Assembly: GCA_039815185.1 (NCBI GenBank)
Contig: JBCBZT010000043.1
Span: 1-64,000 of the forward strand
From: Cyanobacteria bacterium P01_A01_bin.123
GTDB taxonomy: Bacteria > Cyanobacteriota > Cyanobacteriia > Phormidesmidales > Phormidesmidaceae
Direction of reading: 5' to 3'
Length of the DNA stretch: 64,000 nucleotides
Shown here: positions 31,565-42,496 of the stretch, in pieces
How positions within the stretch are numbered: position 1 is the first letter of the stretch
Layout: each line of letters starts with the position of its first letter
Translations under genes and position numbers: made by a program
Notes under the pieces: model-generated
Told to the model about the DNA's origin: nothing
The model's input: only the letters and a program-made list of their open reading frames with translations
The model's database searches: none

Positions 31565-32440
31565 CTACAAATACTTTTCCAACAGCAGTTGAAGCTTGGC
31601 TTTAGCCGCTTCTGGCGCTTTGTCTAGGGGAGTAATGATGGCGTACTTCAGCGCTGAGTGAGCTTCTGAGGTCGGAGGAGCTTGGGCTAATTGCTGGACC
31701 ACCGATTGGATTACCCGTTGGGCATTGACCGCATTTTTCATTAAATTGCCGATTACCATTTCCACCGTGACACTGTCGTGGTCGGGGTGCCAGCAGTCAT
31801 AGTCGGTAACTAAGGTTAGGGTAGCGTAGGCGATTTCTGCTTCTCGGGCTAGCTTTGCTTCAGGTAGATTAGTCATACCGATCACGGTGGCATCCCAACT
31901 GCGATAGAGGTTTGATTCTGCCTTGGTGGAGAAGGCCGGGCCTTCCATACAGACATAGGTGCCACCGCGATGTAAGGTCACATCTGGCAGATCTAAATTT
32001 GCAACCGCATCAGCCAAAACGGCCGCCAGGGTCTGACAGATCGGATCGCCAAATCCAATATGGGCCACAATCCCGTCACCAAAGAAGGTAGAGACTCGAT
32101 TTTTCGTGCGATCGATGAATTGATCGGGCACGACCATATCTAAAGGTTTGACAGCTTCCTTCAAGGAACCCACGGCTGAAGCCGATATCAGATACTTCAC
32201 CCCTAGACTTTTCATGGCGTAAATGTTGGCGCGAAAGGGCAGTTCTGAGGGAATTAAATGATGGTTGCGACCGTGACGGGCCAAAAACGCCACACGCACC
32301 CCTGCTAATGTGCCCAAAATGAGCGCATCGGAGGGTGTTCCGAAGGGAGTGTCGATTTGGACTTCTTCGACGTCTTTCAAGGCTTCCATTTTATAAAGCC
32401 CACTACCGCCGATAATGCCAATATTTGTCTGGGATGCCAT
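31565..32440 (-). CDS. mtnP: S-methyl-5'-thioadenosine phosphorylase
   Basis: [45 protein letters not shown]. Confidence 0.95.
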   Translation of the reverse strand: MASQTNIGIIGGSGLYKMEALKDVEEVQIDTPFGTPSDALILGTLAGVRVAFLARHGRNHHLIPSELPFRANIYAMKSLGVKYLISASAVGSLKEAVKPLDMVVPDQFIDRTKNRVSTFFGDGIVAHIGFGDPICQTLAAVLADAVANLDLPDVTLHRGGTYVCMEGPAFSTKAESNLYRSWDATVIGMTNLPEAKLAREAEIAYATLTLVTDYDCWHPDHDSVTVEMVIGNLMKNAVNAQRVIQSVVQQLAQAPPTSEAHSALKYAIITPLDKAPEAAKAKLQLLLEKYL

Positions 32441-32567
32441 AGGTGCAAATTAGGAAAGTTACTGAATCAAATCCCTGCCGATTTGAAAACCTAAGCTTCT
32501 AGACTTAGGGAGAACTACGGCTCTGAACGTGGCCAAGACTTATATTAACGGCAGGTTGAGTGAACTG

Positions 32568-32657
32568 TCAGCGACTTCGTTGGCCATAATGGGTAGCCCG
32601 TCGGGCAGAAGCAATCCCCCCTGATCCGGCGCCCATCACAAAAAAATCGTAGTTCAT
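32568..32657 (-). pseudogene. gor: 29-codon remnant of glutathione reductase N-terminus
   Basis: Manual translation MNYDFFVMGAGSGGIASARRATHYGQRSR* matches the Gor FAD-binding start (YD..V.GAGSGG..SARRA..YG). Confidence 0.75.
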
Positions 32658-32747
32658 TGTGTACTGTCCCTCAGCAACTCAACTATCCCGGTAGCGTCTA
32701 CAACCAGGCTAATGGACTTGCTTAAGGTTCTAAACGCATGCCATGGT

Positions 32748-33431
32748 TCAGGAATTGAGCGCCGCTAACAAATCCTGGGATTCAGCAACCGCGCCAAACA
32801 CACCGCCCTGCATTTTAATCATCTTTAAAGCGGCTAGATAATTACCGTAATCTGTGGCACCCGTGCAGTCTGATAACAGCAAACATTCATAGCCTCGATC
32901 ATTCGCGTCACGCATCGTCGTGTGAACACAGACATCGGTGGTAATGCCTGTGAGTATGAGATTGTCGATGCCCTTTTGGTTCAGAATCAAATCTAAGTCT
33001 GTCGCGTAGAACGACCCCTTGCCGGGTTTATCGATGATCACTTCGCCTTCAATCGGTGCCAATTCAGGGATGATCTCCCATCCAGGTTCACCGCGCACCA
33101 AAATTTTGCCGCATGGCCCCGGATCACCAATACCTGCACCAATTCGCTGCGATCGCCAGCGTTTATTTTTCGGTAAATCTGCCAAATCAGGGCGATGACC
33201 CTCGCGAGTATGGATGACAGTGTAGCCTTCCTGGCGGAAGGCACTTAACATCGTTTTGATCGGAACAATGGGGGCACGGGTCAAGGACAAGTCATAGCCC
33301 ATTTTGTCGACGTACCCACCCTCGCCACAAAAATCGATTTGCATGTCGATCACGATCAGACAGGTGTTATCTGGCCGTAAATCACCGTTGTAAGGATAGG
33401 GATAGGGGTCGGCGCTAACGTAACGTCCCAT
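32748..33431 (-). CDS. biuH: Cysteine hydrolase (isochorismatase family), biuret hydrolase-like
   Basis: [46 protein letters not shown]. Confidence 0.8.
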   Translation of the reverse strand: MGRYVSADPYPYPYNGDLRPDNTCLIVIDMQIDFCGEGGYVDKMGYDLSLTRAPIVPIKTMLSAFRQEGYTVIHTREGHRPDLADLPKNKRWRSQRIGAGIGDPGPCGKILVRGEPGWEIIPELAPIEGEVIIDKPGKGSFYATDLDLILNQKGIDNLILTGITTDVCVHTTMRDANDRGYECLLLSDCTGATDYGNYLAALKMIKMQGGVFGAVAESQDLLAALNS

Positions 33432-33665
33432 AGAGCCTACTGGTTAATTGAATAGGGAAGGGCATGCCTTTTCAGCGCGTAAGGCTGAGCGCAATAAGAG
33501 TGTAGGGTTTCCACTTTATTTAAGCAATCTAGGGTTTGATCTCGGCGTAGGGTATAACCTGGGAATGATTCTTCCAATCACGCTAAAATTCCACCTTGAG
33601 GTGTAATGGGATTTTGAACGGTAGACATTGTCAGAGATTAGCGGATTAAGCAATCAGGAGCTCAT

Positions 33666-34058
33666 ATGTTTGGGACGTTTCAGCAAAGCAACCTACGGAT
33701 TGAGATCAATGCATCAGCGGCAGCGATTCGCGACAGCTTGATTCGGCCTAGCAGCCTGCGCCAGTGGCTTTGGCCCCAACAGCTTTCGACCGGACTCCCT
33801 GAGCAGCTCTCATCAACGACGACTTTTACCAGTCACTTAGGACCAGTGACGATCGATCATAAGGTTGATCAAGTCACCAACAACAGCATTAGATTGCTGC
33901 TTTACGGTGGCATTGATGGCTTCCATGAATGGCACTGGGGAGAAGGCTGGTTGCAGTCTCGCATTGAAGGGGTTTCGCTGTTGCCCTTGAATTTAGGCCA
34001 AACGATGACATTATTGCGCCTAAGGCAATTTTTGAGCGGTGATCGCGCTGAGGGATAG
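33666..34058 (+). CDS. Hypothetical protein (possibly SRPBCC-like)
   Basis: 130-aa ORF with AGGAG RBS; GGIDGFHEW.WG motif. Confidence 0.65.
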   Translation: MFGTFQQSNLRIEINASAAAIRDSLIRPSSLRQWLWPQQLSTGLPEQLSSTTTFTSHLGPVTIDHKVDQVTNNSIRLLLYGGIDGFHEWHWGEGWLQSRIEGVSLLPLNLGQTMTLLRLRQFLSGDRAEG

Positions 34059-35399
34059 TTACTCCGTCGGCATTTCTTCGAACGGCAAACCGTCGAGGGC
34101 TGCATCTCCCTGAGTCCGAAACCGCACCGAATCCCCGTGGGACGGCAAACCCTCGGCTTCGGTCAGCATGTCAATGGCACTAGCAACGCGGTATAGGGCT
34201 TCTGGGGAATATTGAATCAGGCTGGAGTGCTTCATGAACGTCTCTGTGCTTAATGCTGAGGCATAGCGGGCAGCCCCTGAAGTGGGTAGGGTATGGTTTG
34301 GCCCAGCCAGATAATCGCCGACAGCTTCTGGGGTAGCATGGCCCAAAAAGATCGCCCCAGCATGGCGAATCTGATCGAGTAGGCTCCAAGGATCGGTAAC
34401 TTCTAATTCAAGGTGCTCCGGTGCAAAGCTATTGGAGAGTTCAGCTGCGATCGCCAACGAATCGACCACAATTGCGAGGCCGTAGTGGGCGATCGCTTTT
34501 TCAGTCAAGACCTGGCGCGGATGATTGTCCAGTTGTTGAGCCACTTCCTTGGCTACCTGCTCGGCCAAGTCTGCACTGGGTGTGATTAAAATTGCAGCGG
34601 CAAGCGGATCATGTTCTGCCTGGGCTAATAAATCTGCTGCCACATGCACTGGATTGGCACTGCTATCGGCAATCACCAGAACTTCTGATGGCCCTGCCAG
34701 AGAGTCAATGCCCACTGTGCCATAGACCAGTTTCTTAGCCAGGGTCACATAGATATTGCCGGGGCCAGTGATCACATCCACTTTGGGAATCGTTTCGGTG
34801 CCATAGGCTAAGGCTGCGATCGCCTGGGCTCCACCCACACGATAAATCTCATCTACCCCAGCTTCTTGGGCTGCCACCAGCACCGCAGGGTTGAGCGCTT
34901 TGTCTTGACCGGGAGGCGTCACCATTACCAGTCGGGGGACGCCAGCCACCCTAGCAGGAATGGCATTCATCAACACCGTACTGGGATAAGCTGCCCGCCC
35001 CCCCGGAACATAAATGCCAGCTCGATCAACCGGCGTATAACGCTTGCCTAGCACCACGTCGTGATCATCAAACTGCACCCAGCTTTTAGGCAACCGCTGA
35101 CGATGAAAGGATTCAATGTTGTTACAGGCTAATCGAATCGCGTCCAGCAAAGGCTTGGAAACTTGCTGATAAGCTGCATCTAGCTCAGAGCCATGAACTC
35201 GTAACTCAGCTACAGCCAGACGTTGAGCATCAAACTCAGCTGTGTAATCAAGCACCGCTTGATCGCCATTGCGCTGAACCGATTGGAGCACCTCACGGAC
35301 GGTCGATTCTTTATGAACCGCTTGGTCATCGTGGGTACGATTGCAGATGCGCTGAAGCTCAATTTTTGCTTCGGCGAGCTGGTGGATAATTCGCAGCAT
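34059..35399 (-). CDS. hisD: Histidinol dehydrogenase
   Basis: YVPGG.A.YPS, GPGNIYV, AGPSE, QAEHD, PEHLE, GPNHTLPT. Confidence 0.97.
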   Translation of the reverse strand: MLRIIHQLAEAKIELQRICNRTHDDQAVHKESTVREVLQSVQRNGDQAVLDYTAEFDAQRLAVAELRVHGSELDAAYQQVSKPLLDAIRLACNNIESFHRQRLPKSWVQFDDHDVVLGKRYTPVDRAGIYVPGGRAAYPSTVLMNAIPARVAGVPRLVMVTPPGQDKALNPAVLVAAQEAGVDEIYRVGGAQAIAALAYGTETIPKVDVITGPGNIYVTLAKKLVYGTVGIDSLAGPSEVLVIADSSANPVHVAADLLAQAEHDPLAAAILITPSADLAEQVAKEVAQQLDNHPRQVLTEKAIAHYGLAIVVDSLAIAAELSNSFAPEHLELEVTDPWSLLDQIRHAGAIFLGHATPEAVGDYLAGPNHTLPTSGAARYASALSTETFMKHSSLIQYSPEALYRVASAIDMLTEAEGLPSHGDSVRFRTQGDAALDGLPFEEMPTE

Positions 35400-35604
35400 T
35401 ACAACATGAAGTCCAGATAAACCAATATCGAAGGCTATTGACTAATTTTAGGGAACGAAATTCCCTAAGGGCAAAGGATGATCGCGGGTTGGGAGCCTAT
35501 CCTGTAGCTAGCTTAGCGTGTATTTTGAGGAGGGTGTAACACAAAATCAACATAGGTGTTATCATTATTTATCCGGTGACCATCAAAATAATCTAGGGCT
35601 GACT

Positions 35605-35904
35605 GTGGCAAATATTAAATCTGCGATTAAGCGCGTTCAGGTTGCAGAGCGGAATCGTCTGCGTAATAAATCTTACAAATCAGCGGTGAAAACGCTAACC
35701 AAGCGATATTTTGAAGCGGTTGATGCCCATGCCGTAACACCTTCTGTAGAGACTGAACAGGCTGCGCAGGCTCGTCTTTCAGCAGCTTACAGTAAGATCG
35801 ATAAAGCGATCAAAGCGGGGGCATTGCACCCCAACGCAGGGGCAAGGCGCAAGGCGCGGTTGGCTCGGGCACTCAAGCAAAAGACTCAGGCTGCAGCTTC
35901 TTAA
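35605..35904 (+). CDS. rpsT: 30S ribosomal protein S20
   Basis: GTG start; ANIKSAIKR...NKSYKS...[13 protein letters not shown]. Confidence 0.95.
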   Translation: MANIKSAIKRVQVAERNRLRNKSYKSAVKTLTKRYFEAVDAHAVTPSVETEQAAQARLSAAYSKIDKAIKAGALHPNAGARRKARLARALKQKTQAAAS

Positions 35905-35966
35905 TCTATGGGCTTTGGTTTCAGTTGGTTTTGAAAGCCCTTCTACTGAAGCAATCGTCTAAGGTT

Positions 35967-36800
35967 ATGCAGCTTATTGATACCCACGTTCACATTAACT
36001 TTGACTCGTTCGCAGCTGATTTAGAGTCTGTGGCTCGTTCTTGGCGCGAGGCAGGTGTTGTGCAGCTAGTGCATTCCTGCGTTGAACCAAATGAGTTTTC
36101 CGGCATTCAGGCGATTGCAGATCGGTTCCCTGAAGTTAGGTTTGCTGTCGGGCTTCATCCGCTGGATATGGATAAGTGGAGCCCTGGAGCTGGGCAACAG
36201 ATTAAGGTAATGGCCCAATCTGATCGCCGGGTCGTTGCCATTGGTGAAACCGGGCTTGACTTCTACAAGGCAGCAGATCGAACCGTTCAAACTGAAGCCC
36301 TATGGGCGCAATTGACCATTGCCAACGAGCTGAACCTTCCGGTCATTATCCACTGTCGAGATGCGGCAGTCGAAATGCGCGATGTTTTTGAAAAATTCCG
36401 TCAGCGCCAAGGTGCACTCTCAGGCGTAATGCACTGTTGGTCAGGATCTCCGGAAGAAACTCAGTGGTTTCTAGATTTGGGGTTCTACATCAGCTTCAGC
36501 GGCATCGTAACATTCAAAAATGCTCATCAAGTAAAAGCGTCAGCAAAAATTGTCCCCAGCGATCGCCTGCTGATCGAAACCGACTGTCCCTTTTTGAGTC
36601 CCGTACCCAAGCGCAAAGAACGACGCAATCAACCCGCCTATGTTCGCTATGTAGCAGAGTACTTGGCCCAGCTCAGGGGTGTTCCCCTAGCCCAACTCGC
36701 CGAGAATACTACCGCTAATGCTTGTCGTCTGTTTGGGTTGACCCTAGACCCCGTAACCCCCTTAGAAAACAGCACGACTTCAGCGTTAATAAATGCTTAA
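35967..36800 (+). CDS. tatD: TatD family hydrolase
   Basis: [30 protein letters not shown]. Confidence 0.92.
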   Translation: MQLIDTHVHINFDSFAADLESVARSWREAGVVQLVHSCVEPNEFSGIQAIADRFPEVRFAVGLHPLDMDKWSPGAGQQIKVMAQSDRRVVAIGETGLDFYKAADRTVQTEALWAQLTIANELNLPVIIHCRDAAVEMRDVFEKFRQRQGALSGVMHCWSGSPEETQWFLDLGFYISFSGIVTFKNAHQVKASAKIVPSDRLLIETDCPFLSPVPKRKERRNQPAYVRYVAEYLAQLRGVPLAQLAENTTANACRLFGLTLDPVTPLENSTTSALINA

Positions 36801-37096
36801 ACCTATTGAAATTAAGTTGATAAATTAATCACTGGTTAAACCGTTCCCATTCTTCAGCTAGAGTCGAGGTTGCTAATTTTTTGTTGGATCGCTGACGCAT
36901 AATGCTGCTAAACCCAAACATCCCATGCAGGCATTGAAAATTGTTTCGCTGATTAAGTTTTGTTCGCTATCACCCACACCGCTAACCGTTTGCCACCGTT
37001 AAGCCCAATCACCTTGATCCCAACTGTGATGAGTTGGGATCTTTAACTGTAAAATTATTGGCCGCTATCCAGGGCGTGACCCACTTGAGGAGACGC

Positions 37097-40000
37097 ATGA
37101 CTGACCAGACCTACGACACCCCCACTTTTGTTCTGCCCGACCTCGTTGAAATTCAGCGCTCTAGCTTTCGCTGGTTTCTTGAAGAAGGATTGATCGAAGA
37201 ACTCGATAGTTTTTCACCAATCACTGACTACACCGGTAAATTAGAACTTCACTTCTTAGGCAAAGACTACAAGCTTAAAAGCCCTAAGTATGACGTTGAT
37301 GAAGCCAAACGGCGAGATAGCACCTATGCAGTACAGATGTATGTGCCAACCCGGTTGATCAATAAAGAAACCGGAGAAATTAAAGAGCAGGAAGTCTTTA
37401 TTGGCGATTTACCGCTGATGACTGATCGAGGCACTTTTATTATTAATGGGGCTGAGCGGGTCATCGTCAACCAAATCGTTCGTAGCCCTGGTGTTTACTA
37501 CAAAGCCGAAACTGACAAAAACGGACGCCGTACCTACAACGCCAACTTGATCCCCAATCGGGGTGCCTGGCTGAAGTTTGAGACTGATAAGAATGATCTG
37601 GTTTGGGTGCGGATTGACAAAACTCGCAAGCTTTCTGCCCAAATTTTACTCAAGGCCTTAGGGCTTAGCGATGGTGAAATCTTTGATGCCCTACGCCACC
37701 CTGAATATTTTCAAAAAACGATCGAAAAAGAAGGGCAGTTTAGTGAAGAAGAGGCTTTGCTAGAGCTGTATCGCAAGCTTCGCCCCGGTGAACCCCCTAC
37801 AGTTAACGGGGGCCAACAGTTGCTTGATTCTCGGTTCTTCGAACCCAAACGCTATGACTTGGGCCGCGTGGGTCGTTACAAACTCAATCGTAAATTGCGG
37901 CTCAACATTCCTGACACGACCCGGGTGCTAACTCCCCGCGATATCTTGTCCGCAATCGACTATCTGATCAATCTTGAATTTGATATCGGGAATGTGGACG
38001 ATATTGATCACTTGGGTAACCGTCGGGTTCGCTCCGTTGGAGAACTGCTCCAAAACCAAGTTCGGGTTGGACTTAATCGTCTGGAGCGGATAATCCGTGA
38101 GCGGATGACGGTTTCTGATGCGGATTCCCTCACCCCTGCTTCTTTAGTGAATCCAAAGCCCTTGGTGGCAGCAATTAAGGAGTTCTTTGGGTCTAGTCAG
38201 CTGTCCCAGTTTATGGATCAAACTAATCCGCTGGCTGAGCTGACTCACAAACGACGTTTGAGCGCCTTAGGTCCAGGCGGTCTCACCCGTGAACGAGCAG
38301 GCTTTGCTGTGCGTGATATTCATCCCTCCCACCACGGTCGCATTTGCCCCATCGAAACCCCTGAAGGGCCTAATGCGGGCTTGATCGGTTCTCTGGCCAC
38401 CCATGCTCGGGTGAATCAGTTTGGATTCATTGAGACGCCATTTGACAAGGTCGAAAACGGGCGTGTGCGGAAGGATCTCCCCCCTGTCTATATGACTGCA
38501 GACGAGGAAGACGATTTCCGCGTCGCACCTGGAGACATCCCCATTGACGAAGAAGGAAACATCCTTGGGGAACAAGTACCTGTGCGCTATCGCCAAGACT
38601 TTACAACCAGTTCTCCATCTGAGGTGGATTATGTCTTGGTGTCACCGGTACAAATCATCTCAGTGGCAACGTCATTGATTCCTTTCTTGGAGCACGACGA
38701 TGCTAACCGTGCCTTGATGGGATCTAATATGCAGCGTCAGGCCGTACCCCTGCTACGCCCCGAGCGCCCCTTGGTGGGTACTGGGCTAGAAGCTCAAGCG
38801 GCCCGCGACTCTGGTATGGTGATCGTCACTCAAACCGACGGGGAAATTGCCTATGTGGATGCCAATCGAGTCGTGGTTCGAGATCCCGAAGGCGTGTCTC
38901 ATACCTATCACTTGCAAAAGTATCAGCGTTCAAACCAAGATACCTGCTTAAACCAGCGGCCTTTGATCTTTGCAGGCGATCGCGTTGTAGCTGGACAAGT
39001 GATTGCTGATGGCTCCGCCGCTGAAGGTGGGGAAATTGCCCTGGGACAAAACGTATTGGTCTCCTACATGCCTTGGGAAGGCTATAACTATGAAGACGCC
39101 ATCTTGATCAGCGAGCGCCTAGTCTACAACGATACCTACACCTCGATCCACGTCGAAAAGTTCGAGATTGAAGCTCGCCAAACTAAGTTGGGTCCAGAGG
39201 AAATTACCCGGGAAATTCCCAACGTTGGGGAAGATGCCCTGCGTCAACTCGACGAAAATGGCATCATTCGTATTGGAGCTTGGGTTTCATCCGGTGACAT
39301 TCTGGTCGGCAAAGTCACCCCTAAGGGGGAATCTGACCAACCCCCCGAAGAAAAGTTGCTGCGGGCCATTTTTGGTGAAAAAGCGCGAGATGTGCGCGAT
39401 AACTCCCTGCGGGTACCCAACGGAGAGAAGGGTCGCGTCGTTGATGTTCGGGTCTTTACCCGTGAGCAAGGCGACGAATTACCCCCAGGGGCCAACATGG
39501 TCGTGCGCGTCTATGTGGCACAAAAGCGCAAAATTCAAGTGGGCGACAAAATGGCCGGACGCCACGGCAACAAGGGCATCATTTCCCGCATTTTGCCCAT
39601 TGAGGACATGCCCTATCTGCCCGATGGCACTCCGATTGACATTGTCCTCAATCCTCTGGGTGTGCCGTCTCGGATGAATGTCGGTCAGGTGTTTGAGTGT
39701 CTTTTGGGCTGGGCCGCCGAAAATCTCAACATGCGCTTCAAAGTGACCCCGTTCGACGAAATGTACGGCGAAGAAGCCTCACGCATCACTACCCACGGCA
39801 AACTTCAAGAAGCCCGCGACGCCCGTGGAGAAGACTGGGTCTATAATCCTGGCGATCCGGGCAAGATTCAACTCTACGATGGCCGCACTGGAGAACCCTT
39901 TGATCGGGCTGTCACCGTCGGCAAAGCCTACATGCTGAAGCTGGTTCACCTGGTAGACGACAAAATTCACGCTCGCTCCACTGGGCCGTATTCCTTAGTT

Positions 40001-40396
40001 ACCCAACAGCCTTTGGGCGGTAAGGCACAGCAAGGGGGTCAGCGATTCGGGGAAATGGAAGTCTGGGCACTGGAAGCTTTTGGTGCGGCTTACACCCTGC
40101 AGGAGCTACTGACGGTTAAATCCGACGATATGCAGGGGCGCAATGAAGCCCTTAACGCAATTGTCAAAGGCAAGGCGATTCCCCGACCCGGTACACCGGA
40201 ATCATTCAAAGTGTTGATGCGAGAGCTTCAGTCCCTTTGCCTAGACATCGCGGTGCACAAACTAGAAACCCGCGAAGATGGTACCAGTCGGGATGTTGAG
40301 GTTGATTTGATGGCTGATGTGAGTAGCCGTCGAGCGCCGTCTCGTCCTACCTATGAATCGATTACCCGCGAAGAACTTGAGGAAGTTGAAGAATAA
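37097..40396 (+). CDS. rpoB: RNA polymerase beta subunit
   Basis: [35 protein letters not shown]. Confidence 0.99.
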   Translation: MTDQTYDTPTFVLPDLVEIQRSSFRWFLEEGLIEELDSFSPITDYTGKLELHFLGKDYKLKSPKYDVDEAKRRDSTYAVQMYVPTRLINKETGEIKEQEVFIGDLPLMTDRGTFIINGAERVIVNQIVRSPGVYYKAETDKNGRRTYNANLIPNRGAWLKFETDKNDLVWVRIDKTRKLSAQILLKALGLSDGEIFDALRHPEYFQKTIEKEGQFSEEEALLELYRKLRPGEPPTVNGGQQLLDSRFFEPKRYDLGRVGRYKLNRKLRLNIPDTTRVLTPRDILSAIDYLINLEFDIGNVDDIDHLGNRRVRSVGELLQNQVRVGLNRLERIIRERMTVSDADSLTPASLVNPKPLVAAIKEFFGSSQLSQFMDQTNPLAELTHKRRLSALGPGGLTRERAGFAVRDIHPSHHGRICPIETPEGPNAGLIGSLATHARVNQFGFIETPFDKVENGRVRKDLPPVYMTADEEDDFRVAPGDIPIDEEGNILGEQVPVRYRQDFTTSSPSEVDYVLVSPVQIISVATSLIPFLEHDDANRALMGSNMQRQAVPLLRPERPLVGTGLEAQAARDSGMVIVTQTDGEIAYVDANRVVVRDPEGVSHTYHLQKYQRSNQDTCLNQRPLIFAGDRVVAGQVIADGSAAEGGEIALGQNVLVSYMPWEGYNYEDAILISERLVYNDTYTSIHVEKFEIEARQTKLGPEEITREIPNVGEDALRQLDENGIIRIGAWVSSGDILVGKVTPKGESDQPPEEKLLRAIFGEKARDVRDNSLRVPNGEKGRVVDVRVFTREQGDELPPGANMVVRVYVAQKRKIQVGDKMAGRHGNKGIISRILPIEDMPYLPDGTPIDIVLNPLGVPSRMNVGQVFECLLGWAAENLNMRFKVTPFDEMYGEEASRITTHGKLQEARDARGEDWVYNPGDPGKIQLYDGRTGEPFDRAVTVGKAYMLKLVHLVDDKIHARSTGPYSLVTQQPLGGKAQQGGQRFGEMEVWALEAFGAAYTLQELLTVKSDDMQGRNEALNAIVKGKAIPRPGTPESFKVLMRELQSLCLDIAVHKLETREDGTSRDVEVDLMADVSSRRAPSRPTYESITREELEEVEE

Positions 40397-40521
40397 CGCC
40401 TAATGCTTCGAGGATTCGAACGGGAACTCATGACCCAAAAAAGTGGCCCTCTGCCTTCCCGTTCGCTATCCAATCTGATTGAGTAGCACCAGAGCATCCA
40501 GAGCACAAGGAAGGACAGAGA

Positions 40522-42396
40522 ATGCCAAAGCTAGAACAACGGTTTGACTACGTCAAAATTGGGATAGCCTCCCCTGAACGCATCCGCCAGTGGGGGGAAC
40601 GTACCCTACCTAACGGTATGGTAGTTGGCGAAGTCACCAAACCAGAAACCATCAATTACCGTACTCTCAAACCGGAGATGGACGGTTTGTTTTGTGAACG
40701 CATCTTTGGCCCTGCAAAAGACTGGGAATGTCACTGCGGTAAATATAAGCGCGTCCGTCACCGGGGAATTGTCTGTGAGCGATGTGGTGTTGAGGTAACC
40801 GAGTCTCGGGTGCGGCGTCATCGCATGGGCTATATCAAGCTAGCTGCTCCAGTTACCCACGTATGGTACCTCAAAGGCATTCCCAGCTATATGGCGATTT
40901 TGCTTGACATGCCCCTGCGAGATGTGGAGCAGATTGTCTACTTCAATGCTTATGTTGTACTGGATGTGGGCAACGCAGAAAACTTGTCCTACAAGCAATT
41001 GCTAACCGAAGATCAATGGATCGAGATTGAAGATCAGCTTTACGACGAAGAATCTCAGCTATCCGGTATTGAAGTCGGAATTGGGGCAGAAGCCTTGCAG
41101 CAACTGCTTGAAGACCTAGATTTAGAAGGGGTAGCCGAGAAGCTTCGGGAAGACATTGGTACGGCTAAAGGCCAAAAACGAGCCAAGCTGATTAAGCGGC
41201 TGCGGGTGATTGATAATTTCATCGCTACTGGGTCTCGCCCAGATTGGATGGTGCTTAACGTGATTCCGGTTATTCCTCCGGATTTACGGCCCATGGTTCA
41301 GCTTGATGGAGGTCGCTTTGCTACCTCCGATCTGAATGACCTCTATCGTCGCGTCATCAACCGTAATAACCGTCTCGCCAGGCTGCAAGAAATTCTTGCC
41401 CCTGAGATTATTGTCCGGAATGAAAAGCGGATGCTGCAAGAAGCGGTAGACGCGCTGATTGATAATGGGCGACGGGGACGAACGGTAGTGGGGGCTAACA
41501 ATCGTCCCTTGAAATCCCTCTCAGACATTATCGAAGGCAAGCAAGGCAGATTCCGACAAAACCTGTTGGGTAAGCGGGTGGACTATTCCGGTCGTTCTGT
41601 GATTGTGGTTGGGCCTAAGCTGAAAATTCACCAGTGTGGTCTCCCTCGGGAAATGGCCATCGAACTGTTTCAACCTTTTGTGATTCACCGCTTGATTCGC
41701 CAAGGGTTGGTGAACAATATCAAGGCGGCGAAAAAGCTAATCCAGCGAAACGATCCCAGTGTTTGGGACGTTTTAGAGGAAGTGATCGAGAGTCATCCGG
41801 TAATGCTCAACCGGGCACCCACCCTGCACCGCTTAGGAATTCAGGCCTTTGAACCCATTTTGGTGGATGGCCGAGCTATTCAACTGCATCCTCTGGTATG
41901 TCCAGCCTTTAACGCGGATTTCGATGGTGACCAGATGGCGGTGCATGTGCCGTTATCTCTAGAATCTCAAGCTGAGGCGCGCTTGTTGATGTTGGCCTCC
42001 AATAATGTCCTATCCCCAGCAACGGGTAGACCGATTATTACGCCAAGTCAGGACATGATTTTAGGGTGTTATTATCTGACTGCTGAAAATCCTCATCATC
42101 AGAGCGGTGCTGGACGTCATTTTGCCAACATGGAAGATGCCATCATGGCCTATGAGCAAGGCTTGGTTGATTTGCATGCCTGGGTATGGCTGCGGTTTGA
42201 CGGCCCGGTTGAAATTGGGGAAAAAGAGGCCAAAGCATTGAAAGAGACCACCTTAGACGACGGTACGGTGTTGAAAGAATATAAGCATCGTCGGGTACGC
42301 GAGGATGCTGAGGGTGCGATTATTTCTCAGTATGTGGAAACAACCCCCGGGCGCATCATTTACAACAAAACCATTCACGACGCACTGGCTAGCTAG
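40522..42396 (+). CDS. rpoC1: RNA polymerase gamma subunit
   Basis: Zinc-binding CECGK-type motif (CHCGKY), catalytic NADFDGD. Confidence 0.99.
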   Translation: MPKLEQRFDYVKIGIASPERIRQWGERTLPNGMVVGEVTKPETINYRTLKPEMDGLFCERIFGPAKDWECHCGKYKRVRHRGIVCERCGVEVTESRVRRHRMGYIKLAAPVTHVWYLKGIPSYMAILLDMPLRDVEQIVYFNAYVVLDVGNAENLSYKQLLTEDQWIEIEDQLYDEESQLSGIEVGIGAEALQQLLEDLDLEGVAEKLREDIGTAKGQKRAKLIKRLRVIDNFIATGSRPDWMVLNVIPVIPPDLRPMVQLDGGRFATSDLNDLYRRVINRNNRLARLQEILAPEIIVRNEKRMLQEAVDALIDNGRRGRTVVGANNRPLKSLSDIIEGKQGRFRQNLLGKRVDYSGRSVIVVGPKLKIHQCGLPREMAIELFQPFVIHRLIRQGLVNNIKAAKKLIQRNDPSVWDVLEEVIESHPVMLNRAPTLHRLGIQAFEPILVDGRAIQLHPLVCPAFNADFDGDQMAVHVPLSLESQAEARLLMLASNNVLSPATGRPIITPSQDMILGCYYLTAENPHHQSGAGRHFANMEDAIMAYEQGLVDLHAWVWLRFDGPVEIGEKEAKALKETTLDDGTVLKEYKHRRVREDAEGAIISQYVETTPGRIIYNKTIHDALAS

Positions 42397-42496
42397 GAAT
42401 GGCAGGTTAGGGACGGTGTGCATAACCTGCCCCGCCCTTAGTTCAAACAACGGCAGCAGGCAGATTTTCGTAGGATTTGAGGGGCAATAGAGACAC

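Noticed and set aside
33432..33665. Guanidine riboswitch or NtcA box upstream of biuH
   Set aside because: No ykkC-type consensus and no GTA-N8-TAC found
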